A stretch of DNA of 64,000 nt, from NCBI GenBank assembly GCA_036918135.1, contig JBALDB010000001.1:96001-160000 (forward strand), in the 5' to 3' direction. Shown here in pieces: positions 19,901 to 29,019 of the stretch. The stretch is from Nostoc sp. (lineage in GTDB: Bacteria; Cyanobacteriota; Cyanobacteriia; Cyanobacteriales; Nostocaceae). Below the pieces are notes generated by a model that saw nothing but the letters and a program-made list of their open reading frames with translations, had not been told where the DNA came from and did no database searches. Position numbers and translations under genes: made by a program. Position 1 is the first letter of the stretch; each line of letters opens with the position of its first letter.

Positions 19901-20797
19901 TTAGGCAATACCAACACCACCCGTTATCCCATAAACCTCTCCTGTGATATAGCTTGCCTCCTGTGAAGCAAGGAGTACGTATACAGGAGCGATTTCTACA
20001 GGCTGTCCGGGTCGTCCTAGCGGAACCGTAGAGCCAAATTTCTCAATCTTTTCCTGACTCTGACCACCACTAGGCTGTAGCGGCGTCCAAAATGGCCCAG
20101 GCGCTACAGTATTGACACGCACACCCTTTTCAATCATCTGCTTGGAAAGTGCTTTGCTGAAAGCAACAATGCCTGCTTTGGTAAGCGCATAGTCAATGAG
20201 GTTCTCTGAAGGTTCATACGCTTGAACGGAAGCCGTATTAATGATAGCCGCACCCGGTTTCAGGTACGGCAGTGCCGACTGCGTAATCCAAAAAAGCGCA
20301 TAGAGGTTAGTCTTGAGTACCTTATCGAACTCCTCGGAGGTAATATCGCTAAAAGAAGGACGAGTACTCTGTGCGGCGGCATTGTTGATCAGAATGTCTA
20401 AACCCCCTAGAGATTCTACTGCATCTGCCACGAGTTTTCGGCAAAAATTCTCATCCGTGATGTCACCAGGAAGAGCGACGGCTTTGCGTCCCGCTTGTTC
20501 GATTAGTTTTATGACTTCTGCTGCGTCCGACTCTTCACTGGAGAGATAAGAAATTGCTACATCAGCCCCTTCACGCGCGAAGGCGATCGCAATGGCGCGC
20601 CCAATACCCGAATCTCCTCCAGTGATCAGTGCCTTTCGGTTTGCAAGCTTTCCACATCCTGTATAGCTCTGTTCGCCATGATCCGGCTGAGGGTTCATCT
20701 GTTGAGCGAGTCCTGGTACAGGCTGCGGCTGACGAGGAAAGGGCGGCCCTGGATATTGCTGACGTGGATCTTGCATCTTCAATCGATCGTCTGTCAT
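19901..20797 (-). CDS. YghA / general stress protein 39-like SDR oxidoreductase
   Basis: PDHGEQSYTGCGKL, TGGDSGIG, YALTK and PGPFWTPLQPSGG. ATG at 20797 has an upstream GGAG; the ORF track begins at 20851. Confidence 0.88.
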   Translation of the reverse strand: MTDDRLKMQDPRQQYPGPPFPRQPQPVPGLAQQMNPQPDHGEQSYTGCGKLANRKALITGGDSGIGRAIAIAFAREGADVAISYLSSEESDAAEVIKLIEQAGRKAVALPGDITDENFCRKLVADAVESLGGLDILINNAAAQSTRPSFSDITSEEFDKVLKTNLYALFWITQSALPYLKPGAAIINTASVQAYEPSENLIDYALTKAGIVAFSKALSKQMIEKGVRVNTVAPGPFWTPLQPSGGQSQEKIEKFGSTVPLGRPGQPVEIAPVYVLLASQEASYITGEVYGITGGVGIA

Positions 20798-21333
20798 CTG
20801 TTGCTCCCGTCTTGTGATGTATTCAACTGTAGAATCGCTTTTGTATCGCATCTACCCACTAGCTACAACAAAGCTGTTGTAATTAGTAATAGCTTTAACA
20901 CTGCTATGCATCTGTTGGACTCTACCTTTCGGCTGACCCCAAAAAAGCAAACTTATGGATAATAAAACATTTTAAAGAAAGTATTTCATCTGAGCGATCG
21001 CAATTCTTGAAGCTTAGTCATACATTGACTTTTGCTAAGAGACAGGCAGGGGAGCAGGGAGTTCTTAGCAGAGGGGAGATAGAAAATATCACCTGATTAA
21101 ATTGGATAATTTATTTTCTGGAAGTACCTAAATCCGTAAGAATTCAGCACCCAGGAACACAACAAGGAAAGCTCGACTAGCCTTTACAGGTTAGTATTGG
21201 TAAAGAGTCTAGTATGATTAATATATTAATTTATTCTAATTTCTTTAAATTTAACTATTCAGACAGATGTATTGTGGCTCCTCAATTGACACAAAAAATT
21301 AGCGTAAAATAACTCTTTCATTCAATAAAACCT

Positions 21334-22416
21334 ATGAGTTTTAAACTTCAAGCTTTGCAACTTACTACTCTCAATAAACAGTCTGAAGGGCCAATTGTAA
21401 CTGCTTGGCAGAAATTTCTTTTAGATAATGACTTACCAATTGGTGCGGTTGATGGAGATTTTGGGAATGTTACAGAGAAAGCAACACGTGAATATCAAAT
21501 TCGTAATAGTTTAACTGCAACAGGAGTTGTAGATACCGCTACTTATGGAAAAGCATTATCGCAAGGTTTTCTTATCTATTTTGCTATTTATACTGATGGT
21601 GGAAAAAAATTATTAGCTTATCTGAACTTTGGCGATAATGAGGTCAAAGACTTACAAAAAAGTTTAACAGCGATCGCTCCTTTGAATCCTCCATTAGCAG
21701 TTGATGGAGACTTTGGGCCCAACAGTACCAGGGGACTAAGCGAAACTTATAAGAAAATAGACATCAATTTTCGAGCTAAGTTAGCTCAACAGCTTTCTAT
21801 TACAACAAAAATAAAGCTTGGTACTGATTTTGAGTTGGCTTTAGACAACATAACTGAATACGCTAAAAAATTAAGACAACAACTGAGTGGAAAAGACTGG
21901 ACTAATTTATTTCCAGACAGCGACTCAATTGATGATTTGGCTTCTCCCTTCCGTCAAAAAGTACAAGCTTTTGAGCAAGCTTTAAAAAATGCCGGAGCTA
22001 ATATTAGTATCGCTTCAGTATTCCGTCCTTCAGAACGGGCTTATTTAATGCACTATGCTTTCCGTATTAGTAATTATGAAATTGCTGCATTAGATGTTCC
22101 ACCTATGCCCAATGTCGGTATTAATTGGCTACATTATACGCCAGCTGCCTCTGTCCAAGCTGCTAAAGAAATGGTATCTGCTTATAATATTGCTTTTCGA
22201 CCTGTTCTTACTTCTCGTCATACCCAAAGATTAGCAATTGATTGGGAAATTACTTGGTTAGGAACTTTAAATATCAAAAACGCTATTGGAACTACAGTTA
22301 GTATCGCTCAGCCACGAACAAGTTATGAAAATTCTACTTTATGGCAGGTAGGCCGTTCTTACGGTGTAATTAAATTATCTAGCGATCGTCCCCACTGGTC
22401 TAATGATGGACATTAG
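21334..22416 (+). CDS. Peptidoglycan-binding protein with C-terminal LAS/M15-like zinc peptidase domain
   Basis: Two PG_binding_1-like motifs (VDGDFGNVT, VDGDFGPNS) and C-terminal SRHTQRLAID (H-x6-D) plus DRPHWS. Confidence 0.72.
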   Translation: MSFKLQALQLTTLNKQSEGPIVTAWQKFLLDNDLPIGAVDGDFGNVTEKATREYQIRNSLTATGVVDTATYGKALSQGFLIYFAIYTDGGKKLLAYLNFGDNEVKDLQKSLTAIAPLNPPLAVDGDFGPNSTRGLSETYKKIDINFRAKLAQQLSITTKIKLGTDFELALDNITEYAKKLRQQLSGKDWTNLFPDSDSIDDLASPFRQKVQAFEQALKNAGANISIASVFRPSERAYLMHYAFRISNYEIAALDVPPMPNVGINWLHYTPAASVQAAKEMVSAYNIAFRPVLTSRHTQRLAIDWEITWLGTLNIKNAIGTTVSIAQPRTSYENSTLWQVGRSYGVIKLSSDRPHWSNDGH

Positions 22417-22617
22417 GGAACTCTAAGAAATAAAATAACCACTTGAAATTACTGATTGATGACTGATGAGTGTAAGCAGGGGGATATTTTTTAGACAGCA
22501 AATTCCAGCGTTGCTCCGATTGCGGGATGATTTCAGAATTTGCATCAATACATAGTCCCTGTGTCTCAACAATTTCCAACAAAGGCTCAAACGTTTCAGC
22601 AGGAGCAACACCAAATT

Positions 22618-25600
22618 TTATCGTCGTAATTTCTCTACCAGCCTTTGCGCTGTAGATTCTTGTTGTTTACGTTGTACAGGCTTTTGCTGTCCAAAACTAT
22701 CAAATAAGTTATCTAGCTTGACAGTCAGCCCTAAATATGCACCGCCAGCCGATCGCGTCCCGGAAAAATCGCGATCGTCAACTTCACCAAAAACATAGCC
22801 AGCGGAAAGGCGCAAATTAGGAGTCAGGTAGTAACCTGTTTCCAGAACAAAGCCTGTCTCGCTATAACTAGATTGACCAATCCAACGAGCCTCACCGACT
22901 AAATCCCAGCTATATCCCAAACGATAAGTAGCTCGTAATTGTGCCAAATTAACTGTACTTGTACCAACTAAATCGTTAGCCAAATAAGAGGTACTGTTAC
23001 GCAAAGCATACTTACCGTAGAATTCCCATTGCCAGTTAGGTGCATAAATAGCTTCTAAAGCAAAAATATGGTCTTGGGAACCCGTACCGCTGCCTAATAA
23101 AATAGTGTCAGGAATCACTGCCGGATTTTGACGATATTCATAACGCAATAAAGCATTAAATTTATCACTATTGGGGTCGCGGTAAGCTAAACCCACCTTT
23201 AGATTAGCGGTATCTGGCAGTCCTGAAAGTCTTTGATTGGAAGAGTTTGCTTGTTGATAACGTACCAGAGCTGTGAGAGATGGGGAAATTTTACCCACTG
23301 CACCTGCGGTAATTACTGTATTGCTTCCACCAGATGAGGAGCGATGCTCAAAGCGGGCGCTGGCTTGAAACTGGGGATTATCACTGTATTCCAAGCCAAC
23401 GCTATAACTATCGCCACCATCAAATCCGCTCGCTGATGCGGCTTGACCAAAAGCGTAGGGTTGAGGATATTGTTGACCCGCCGCAGTGCGTCCGAAGAAG
23501 TTGCCAAATACGTGTTCGTAAGCTAAGTTCAACCGCAATCCACGAGCTATAGTCCAGCGGTTATTCAGACCTATTGCTCCTTGGGTAGTCATTTCATTAG
23601 CACCACCCAAAATTGAGTAACGACCAGTTATAGTGGTATCGCTTCCGAGTTTGTGTTCGCCGTTGACACTCAAGCTAGTGATAGAATTACCAGAAAATTG
23701 ACCGCTAGTGTAAAACTGTTGAGCAAGACTGACATTTACACCAGGAATTACCCCCCAATTCAGCCCTAAAATGGTACGGTCTGGGTAAACAGTATCTTTT
23801 TGGGAAGATAAGCTGAGTTCATTTTGAGCTTGGAAAGTCAGGTTTTTAACAATCGGAACTGTAAAACGCGATCGCAGTTGATCGGAATTACTACTCAAAG
23901 CATTCGTGGGGATGCGGTCTTCCCGGTCGCGATGAATCCAATCGAGATCGATGATGGCGCTACCCAAGCGTTGTTGAATCCCAGCAGTAATCGTCGTCAG
24001 GGAATTATCTACTTTACTCCCTGGTATGGCCTCATTACGGGGTGCAAATAATTCTTCAAATGTGTCTAGCGGTTGGGGAGCAATGCCAAAATTGTCTTCG
24101 TGGTCGTATTGGACTCTAGCATTGGTAGTTCGAGTCAATTTAGCTATAACCTGCGCTCCATAACGGGTTTGTCCTGGTACAAAGCTGATAGTGGCATCAT
24201 TAGCGAAGCCCGTATCAGCAAACCGATAATAAGCACGTCCTTGAATACCATTAGTAATTTCTCCCTCAGCTTCCAAGCGATATGCATCACCTCTAACCTT
24301 TCCCACAACATCAGAATCATTGCTGGAATGGGCATATTCTGCAATTAGCTTACCCTTATCACCCAAAGCTATCAGCGCATCTGCACCATACAATTGAAAA
24401 TCACGCACCCCTTGATTTTCTTGGACATAACTTGTTCCAATCCAACTTTCTTGGTTCAGCTTCCGGGAAAGGTTATATTGCAAACGACCAGCAAAGATAT
24501 TGCTATCAGAGTTTTGGTCATCATATTGATAGCTAACAACAATCCGACGTACCAATACTTGTCCAGTTTCATCAATATCGGTACGAAGAATCGGTTCGCG
24601 GAATAATAAAGTACCGCGGTCGTAGTCGATTTCATAGTCTGGGCCTCGGTTAAGCTGTTTGCGTTCCAATACAGTACCAGGACGATTCAGTTCTTCTAAT
24701 TCAATAAAAACATTTTCACTTCCTGGTTGTAGAAGTCTGCGAGAGAGAAAATAATAACCACTAGTGCCATCGGGAGCAATGGTATCTCGTTGAAACCCTT
24801 CTAAATGGTTGCCATAAAAACCTGTAATTTGTAAATTTCCCAAATTGTAATTAGCTTTAAAGCCGTGGAGTTGACGAGTAATCGAAGTAAATTGCTGCGA
24901 TCGCCGCGCAAATTCTTCTGTGTTATAGTCACCCCACATGGCATAATCAGGGGAAGATCCGGGTATCCCAGTCGAACGCTCGAAACGCAGAAATACGCTG
25001 TCAATAGAAGGAGCGACCACATCAACTTTCGAGCTATCACCGTAAACAGGATAGTTTTGCTCGCTAAATTGGTAAGTTCTAAACAAGCGATTATCGCAGT
25101 CGCAATCTTCATTCAAGTTACGAGAACTGTTATATGCACCCGTAAACAACCATTCTCCGATCGCCCCAGTGGCAAATATTGCAGAATGGAAATCTAATTG
25201 CGTTCTATTGTCTTTATCTGGAGGTAGGAAATCACGGAAACTGCCGTAATAATTTGTACCTCTGGCGCCCAAACGTAAATCTATCACCCCAGTTAGCAAA
25301 CTCGGACGTAATGCCGTTTCAAATTGCAATTGGGTAAAAGCTTCTAAATTATCACTCACAGCGCGAATTGTCACAGCTTCCGCCTTCAATTGCGATCGTA
25401 AGGTTGCTGTAAATTGCCCCCCTTTGGCCTCCACTTGAAATCCAGGTTGATCGGGTTTGAAATCTTTCCCCACTAACTCCCCAGCAGTTGGTATCAAAGT
25501 AACAACAGCATCACGATTAGAGCGATTGCCACTTGCATCGAGCAGTTGACCCCGGATTGTAGCCGTAGAACGTCCGTCAGCTGGGATACGAGACTCTGCT

Positions 25601-26547
25601 GTTTCCAAAGTTAGTTGCTGCGGCGCTCCCCGGACTGCGACCTGCACTGTTACAGGCGGTTCTGTTCCTCCGACGACTTGTGCTGAAATGGTATTTTGAC
25701 CTTCTTGTAAGGAAACACCATACCATGTCTGCGTTACCAAGTTAGTATTCGCATTGCTTTCCGTCCGCCCCACTAAGGAAGGATCTACCAATGCACCATT
25801 TACCCGCAGTTCTACCTGACTACCAACTGGAAACTGTACAATCACCGTAGTAGCTTGTACATCTAGAACACTGTTAGCCGTCGGAGTCAGGATTTTGATT
25901 GCTGTAGAGATAGGGAGAGTGGGAGACACAGGCATATTTTCATTCACCGTTTGTCCCCCCGTCTCCTTATCCCCACTAATTACTCCGGCAATTTTACGTA
26001 AACCTTTAGGCAAACCTATAGAAGTTGCTGGTTGGAATGGTTGTATTTCCTTTCGAGATTGGTCTTTCTTATCCTCTATTTTGGCAATTTTGCGTAACCC
26101 TCTAGGCAATTCTACAGAAGTTGCTGGTTGAAATGGTTGTATTTCCCTTTGAGTTGGCTGCACATCTGAAGTTGGAGTAACAGTAGCCGATGCTAAAGAA
26201 GTTGAGGCCAATTCAACAAGTGGAAACTGCTGCTTAGAACTTCCTATCAAACCAGAAGAATCTAGTCCTTGGATTCTTCTTTTGACCTTTGCGCCTTTAC
26301 GACTTTGCGCGACCTTTTCATATCCTGAATTACCAACCCCAGAATTATTATTCATACTTTTTTCAACCACTTTATTTTCAACCGCTCGACTTTCGACGCC
26401 CTTCTCTGCTTGCAAAGGAGAATCTAGATTTTCCCCAGTAAGTTTTGCTTTGACTATGGCAGGATACAAAACGAGGCACAGAGCTATCGGCATTGCCCCC
26501 ATCAACCTCAAGTTGAAAATACTTGCACAGTGCAGTCTGGGTTTCAT
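22618..26547 (-). CDS. Large putative outer-membrane beta-barrel protein with N-terminal Ig-like domains
   Basis: Signal peptide, invasin/Big_1-like segment (IPADGRSTATI) and a long C-terminal run of alternating amphipathic strands (e.g. ETGYYLTPNLRLSAGY, GAYLGLTVKL). Overlaps the upstream gene by 4 nt. Confidence 0.75.
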   Translation of the reverse strand: MKPRLHCASIFNLRLMGAMPIALCLVLYPAIVKAKLTGENLDSPLQAEKGVESRAVENKVVEKSMNNNSGVGNSGYEKVAQSRKGAKVKRRIQGLDSSGLIGSSKQQFPLVELASTSLASATVTPTSDVQPTQREIQPFQPATSVELPRGLRKIAKIEDKKDQSRKEIQPFQPATSIGLPKGLRKIAGVISGDKETGGQTVNENMPVSPTLPISTAIKILTPTANSVLDVQATTVIVQFPVGSQVELRVNGALVDPSLVGRTESNANTNLVTQTWYGVSLQEGQNTISAQVVGGTEPPVTVQVAVRGAPQQLTLETAESRIPADGRSTATIRGQLLDASGNRSNRDAVVTLIPTAGELVGKDFKPDQPGFQVEAKGGQFTATLRSQLKAEAVTIRAVSDNLEAFTQLQFETALRPSLLTGVIDLRLGARGTNYYGSFRDFLPPDKDNRTQLDFHSAIFATGAIGEWLFTGAYNSSRNLNEDCDCDNRLFRTYQFSEQNYPVYGDSSKVDVVAPSIDSVFLRFERSTGIPGSSPDYAMWGDYNTEEFARRSQQFTSITRQLHGFKANYNLGNLQITGFYGNHLEGFQRDTIAPDGTSGYYFLSRRLLQPGSENVFIELEELNRPGTVLERKQLNRGPDYEIDYDRGTLLFREPILRTDIDETGQVLVRRIVVSYQYDDQNSDSNIFAGRLQYNLSRKLNQESWIGTSYVQENQGVRDFQLYGADALIALGDKGKLIAEYAHSSNDSDVVGKVRGDAYRLEAEGEITNGIQGRAYYRFADTGFANDATISFVPGQTRYGAQVIAKLTRTTNARVQYDHEDNFGIAPQPLDTFEELFAPRNEAIPGSKVDNSLTTITAGIQQRLGSAIIDLDWIHRDREDRIPTNALSSNSDQLRSRFTVPIVKNLTFQAQNELSLSSQKDTVYPDRTILGLNWGVIPGVNVSLAQQFYTSGQFSGNSITSLSVNGEHKLGSDTTITGRYSILGGANEMTTQGAIGLNNRWTIARGLRLNLAYEHVFGNFFGRTAAGQQYPQPYAFGQAASASGFDGGDSYSVGLEYSDNPQFQASARFEHRSSSGGSNTVITAGAVGKISPSLTALVRYQQANSSNQRLSGLPDTANLKVGLAYRDPNSDKFNALLRYEYRQNPAVIPDTILLGSGTGSQDHIFALEAIYAPNWQWEFYGKYALRNSTSYLANDLVGTSTVNLAQLRATYRLGYSWDLVGEARWIGQSSYSETGFVLETGYYLTPNLRLSAGYVFGEVDDRDFSGTRSAGGAYLGLTVKLDNLFDSFGQQKPVQRKQQESTAQRLVEKLRR

Positions 26548-28109
26548 TTCTTGACTGGCTCCTGAAATGTGGGGGTGACGCCGAAGTTCATGCGTACTAG
26601 GCCACCTGGTTCTAAATGCACTAGGCGAGATTGGCTATTCCGTTCGCGGAATTTTTGATTGGGAGCTAAGGCGTAACCAGGTACACTGCTGAGGTCTAGT
26701 ACACCTGTGTGGTATCCAGGTAAGACATTAGCTAAGGAGAACAAACCATTCGGATCTGTAGTGATGCGGTTACCGTCTTCTAGAAAAACCACTGCATTAG
26801 GTATCCCAGGCTCACCACGCTGCTGCTCGCCATCAAAATTTTTATCAACAAACACCCGACCAATAATCGTGCCGCAGTCAGAAACGATTCCAGGACGAAT
26901 TTTTAGTTGGTGCGTTGCTGGGCCATCCTTAGTGCTAAAACGGTTATCAGCTCGTTGGGCATTAGCGATCGCACTGTTACGCCCATTACCACGCAAAGCA
27001 TCGCTGGTTAATTGAGCAGCGTAGGCAATATTTAAGACTTCCCCTGGGGGAATTGTCATATCTGTCTGGAAGATCGCCGTGTTTCCATTCCCTTGTGAGG
27101 TGATAGTAACTGCTGTCCCACCCATCTCTCCGCGTACAGATTTCGGCAAAAACTGGAATCCTAAAGGTAGGTTGTCGGTAACAACTAGATTATTCAAACC
27201 AGCATCAGCAAGATTTTTCAGTGAAAGGCGATAGATTACCGTATCTCCAGGTTCAGCAGTAGCGCGATCGCCTGTTTTGATAATCTGCAACTGATTGGCT
27301 TGACACATATTTGTAGTAAATTCAAAGGCTAATAAGTCCAGTCCCACAACTTCTGCATTCGGAACTAAAACAACTGTTTGCTCTACCCTGGTTTCACCTG
27401 TGATATTAATTGGTTGTCCATCCAAAGAACTAGCTACATATCGGATGATATTATTACCTTGTGTGCCAGTACTATCAAGGATTTCAATCTTGATCCGCCG
27501 CTGTTTATAGATAGAAGTCGGTGGTGGATTAACTACAAAAATGTAGGTTTTACCTGGAGCAGTTTGACCTTTATTTGGATCGAGTAAAAAATTGTAGACA
27601 CCCGCAGGATTATTTGTAATGAAATATGGGTTACTATTCTCAATATTTGGCGATTTACCTCCAGGCACATTGTTGTTAGAAATATCTGGTAACTCTGTTC
27701 GAGTCAAAGCAACCAAACTACCCAATTCTGTACCTGTTGGGTCGCTAGGTAATGGTTCGTATACCCCGACTGAAAAACCTGTATAATCAGGTAAAAGTGT
27801 GCCACCACAACCTAAAATTCGCCCCAATGGGTCAAATAATCGGTTGGTAGTAACGCTAAGCTCACTAGAAGTTCCTTGATATTTATTATTAGTAGCTTCG
27901 TCTGTATAAGTATAATCAGCTTGATTTTTGATTGGTAAAGATACAGCTTGATTATTATTTTGTTGTGCTTCTACTGGTAAAAGTAAAGTAGTATATAAAA
28001 AACTTCCCAAAAAAATACTTGCTGTTAATCTTTGCCACCAGCTACTACTAAAAGTAATTTGCTTTTGTTTTTGAGGACGGCTCACTGAACGCATCTCCTC
28101 TGAATGCAA
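26544..28109 (-). CDS. Secreted DUF11-domain plus SdrD-B-like domain protein
   Basis: Signal peptide (..PVEA), DUF11 (LQIIKTGD..PGDTVIYRL..VVTDNLP..GRNSA) and SdrD-B-like IIGRVFVDKNFDGEQQRGEPGIP. Confidence 0.85.
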   Translation of the reverse strand: MHSEEMRSVSRPQKQKQITFSSSWWQRLTASIFLGSFLYTTLLLPVEAQQNNNQAVSLPIKNQADYTYTDEATNNKYQGTSSELSVTTNRLFDPLGRILGCGGTLLPDYTGFSVGVYEPLPSDPTGTELGSLVALTRTELPDISNNNVPGGKSPNIENSNPYFITNNPAGVYNFLLDPNKGQTAPGKTYIFVVNPPPTSIYKQRRIKIEILDSTGTQGNNIIRYVASSLDGQPINITGETRVEQTVVLVPNAEVVGLDLLAFEFTTNMCQANQLQIIKTGDRATAEPGDTVIYRLSLKNLADAGLNNLVVTDNLPLGFQFLPKSVRGEMGGTAVTITSQGNGNTAIFQTDMTIPPGEVLNIAYAAQLTSDALRGNGRNSAIANAQRADNRFSTKDGPATHQLKIRPGIVSDCGTIIGRVFVDKNFDGEQQRGEPGIPNAVVFLEDGNRITTDPNGLFSLANVLPGYHTGVLDLSSVPGYALAPNQKFRERNSQSRLVHLEPGGLVRMNFGVTPTFQEPVKK

Positions 28110-28279
28110 AACTCGTTGTTAATAAAAAAATTATTTGCTTAGATAAATTAAAAAAAAATCACTGATATTTTATGCAATTTAACTGCTACAATCATGCGAT
28201 TTTTATTTGTAAAATCTTGTGTGATGGTTGTCCTTTCTAATGACTAATGACTAATAACAAAGGACAACCCCAATTTCAA

Positions 28280-28840
28280 TCAACGCACTTGGGTTTGATA
28301 AGTCGCTTTAACTGTCGTCTTTGCTGCAACTGACGGAACCTGTAAACGGATGTGGGTGTAAGCAATGGCTGGCGCTGGTTTTGTTTCCACTTTGCCGTCA
28401 GGAAGAGTAACTTTAACAGTGGGATTTTCGACGAAGCTACGCCCACCATCAATGCTATAAGTAATTTTTCCATTATTATTTACACTGGCAGATTTCAGTA
28501 CATAGACCATTCCTTTGGGAATAGGTTGATTTAAAGTTAAATTTTTCACTGGGCGATCGCTTTGATTTTCGCCACTCAAGGTATATCTCAATACATCTCC
28601 TGGCCGCACTACAGCTTGACCTTTTAAAGGTTGCCATTTATGGCTTTGTTTACCTTGTTGATCTTGAGCGATGACTTGCTTTTCGGCTTCTAAACGCAAT
28701 TGAAGCGCTTGAGTTTTGATATTTTGGGCATAGGCACTTTCTGAATGCCAAATATTTGCAACTCCTGGAATTTGACTGGAAAACGGAACTGTAACTATTA
28801 GTGCGATTCCACCTAAACCTGCAAAAGAAATACCCTTCAT
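28280..28840 (-). CDS. Small secreted DUF11-like single-domain protein
   Basis: Signal-like N-terminus, VRPGDVLRYTLSGEN..LTLNQPIPKGMVYV and YSIDGG. Confidence 0.82.
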   Translation of the reverse strand: MKGISFAGLGGIALIVTVPFSSQIPGVANIWHSESAYAQNIKTQALQLRLEAEKQVIAQDQQGKQSHKWQPLKGQAVVRPGDVLRYTLSGENQSDRPVKNLTLNQPIPKGMVYVLKSASVNNNGKITYSIDGGRSFVENPTVKVTLPDGKVETKPAPAIAYTHIRLQVPSVAAKTTVKATYQTQVR

Positions 28841-29019
28841 ATAAATAACTTCCAGAATTTTGATTGTTGACTTATCTTTCCCTGCTTGTACTCAAAAATA
28901 GTCACTCCCGTGTTTGCTTAGTGTTTAAAGGTTGGGGAGTTAGGTTAACTGGTTGCGGTGATACTGCAATCTCTCCAAGTCTGCAAGCTTTGGAGTCCCT
29001 AATCCCCAATCTCAACGAA

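Noticed and set aside
22618..26547. Calling the 1309-aa protein a TonB-dependent receptor
   Set aside because: No plug-domain motifs or terminal Phe; its context is DUF11 genes.
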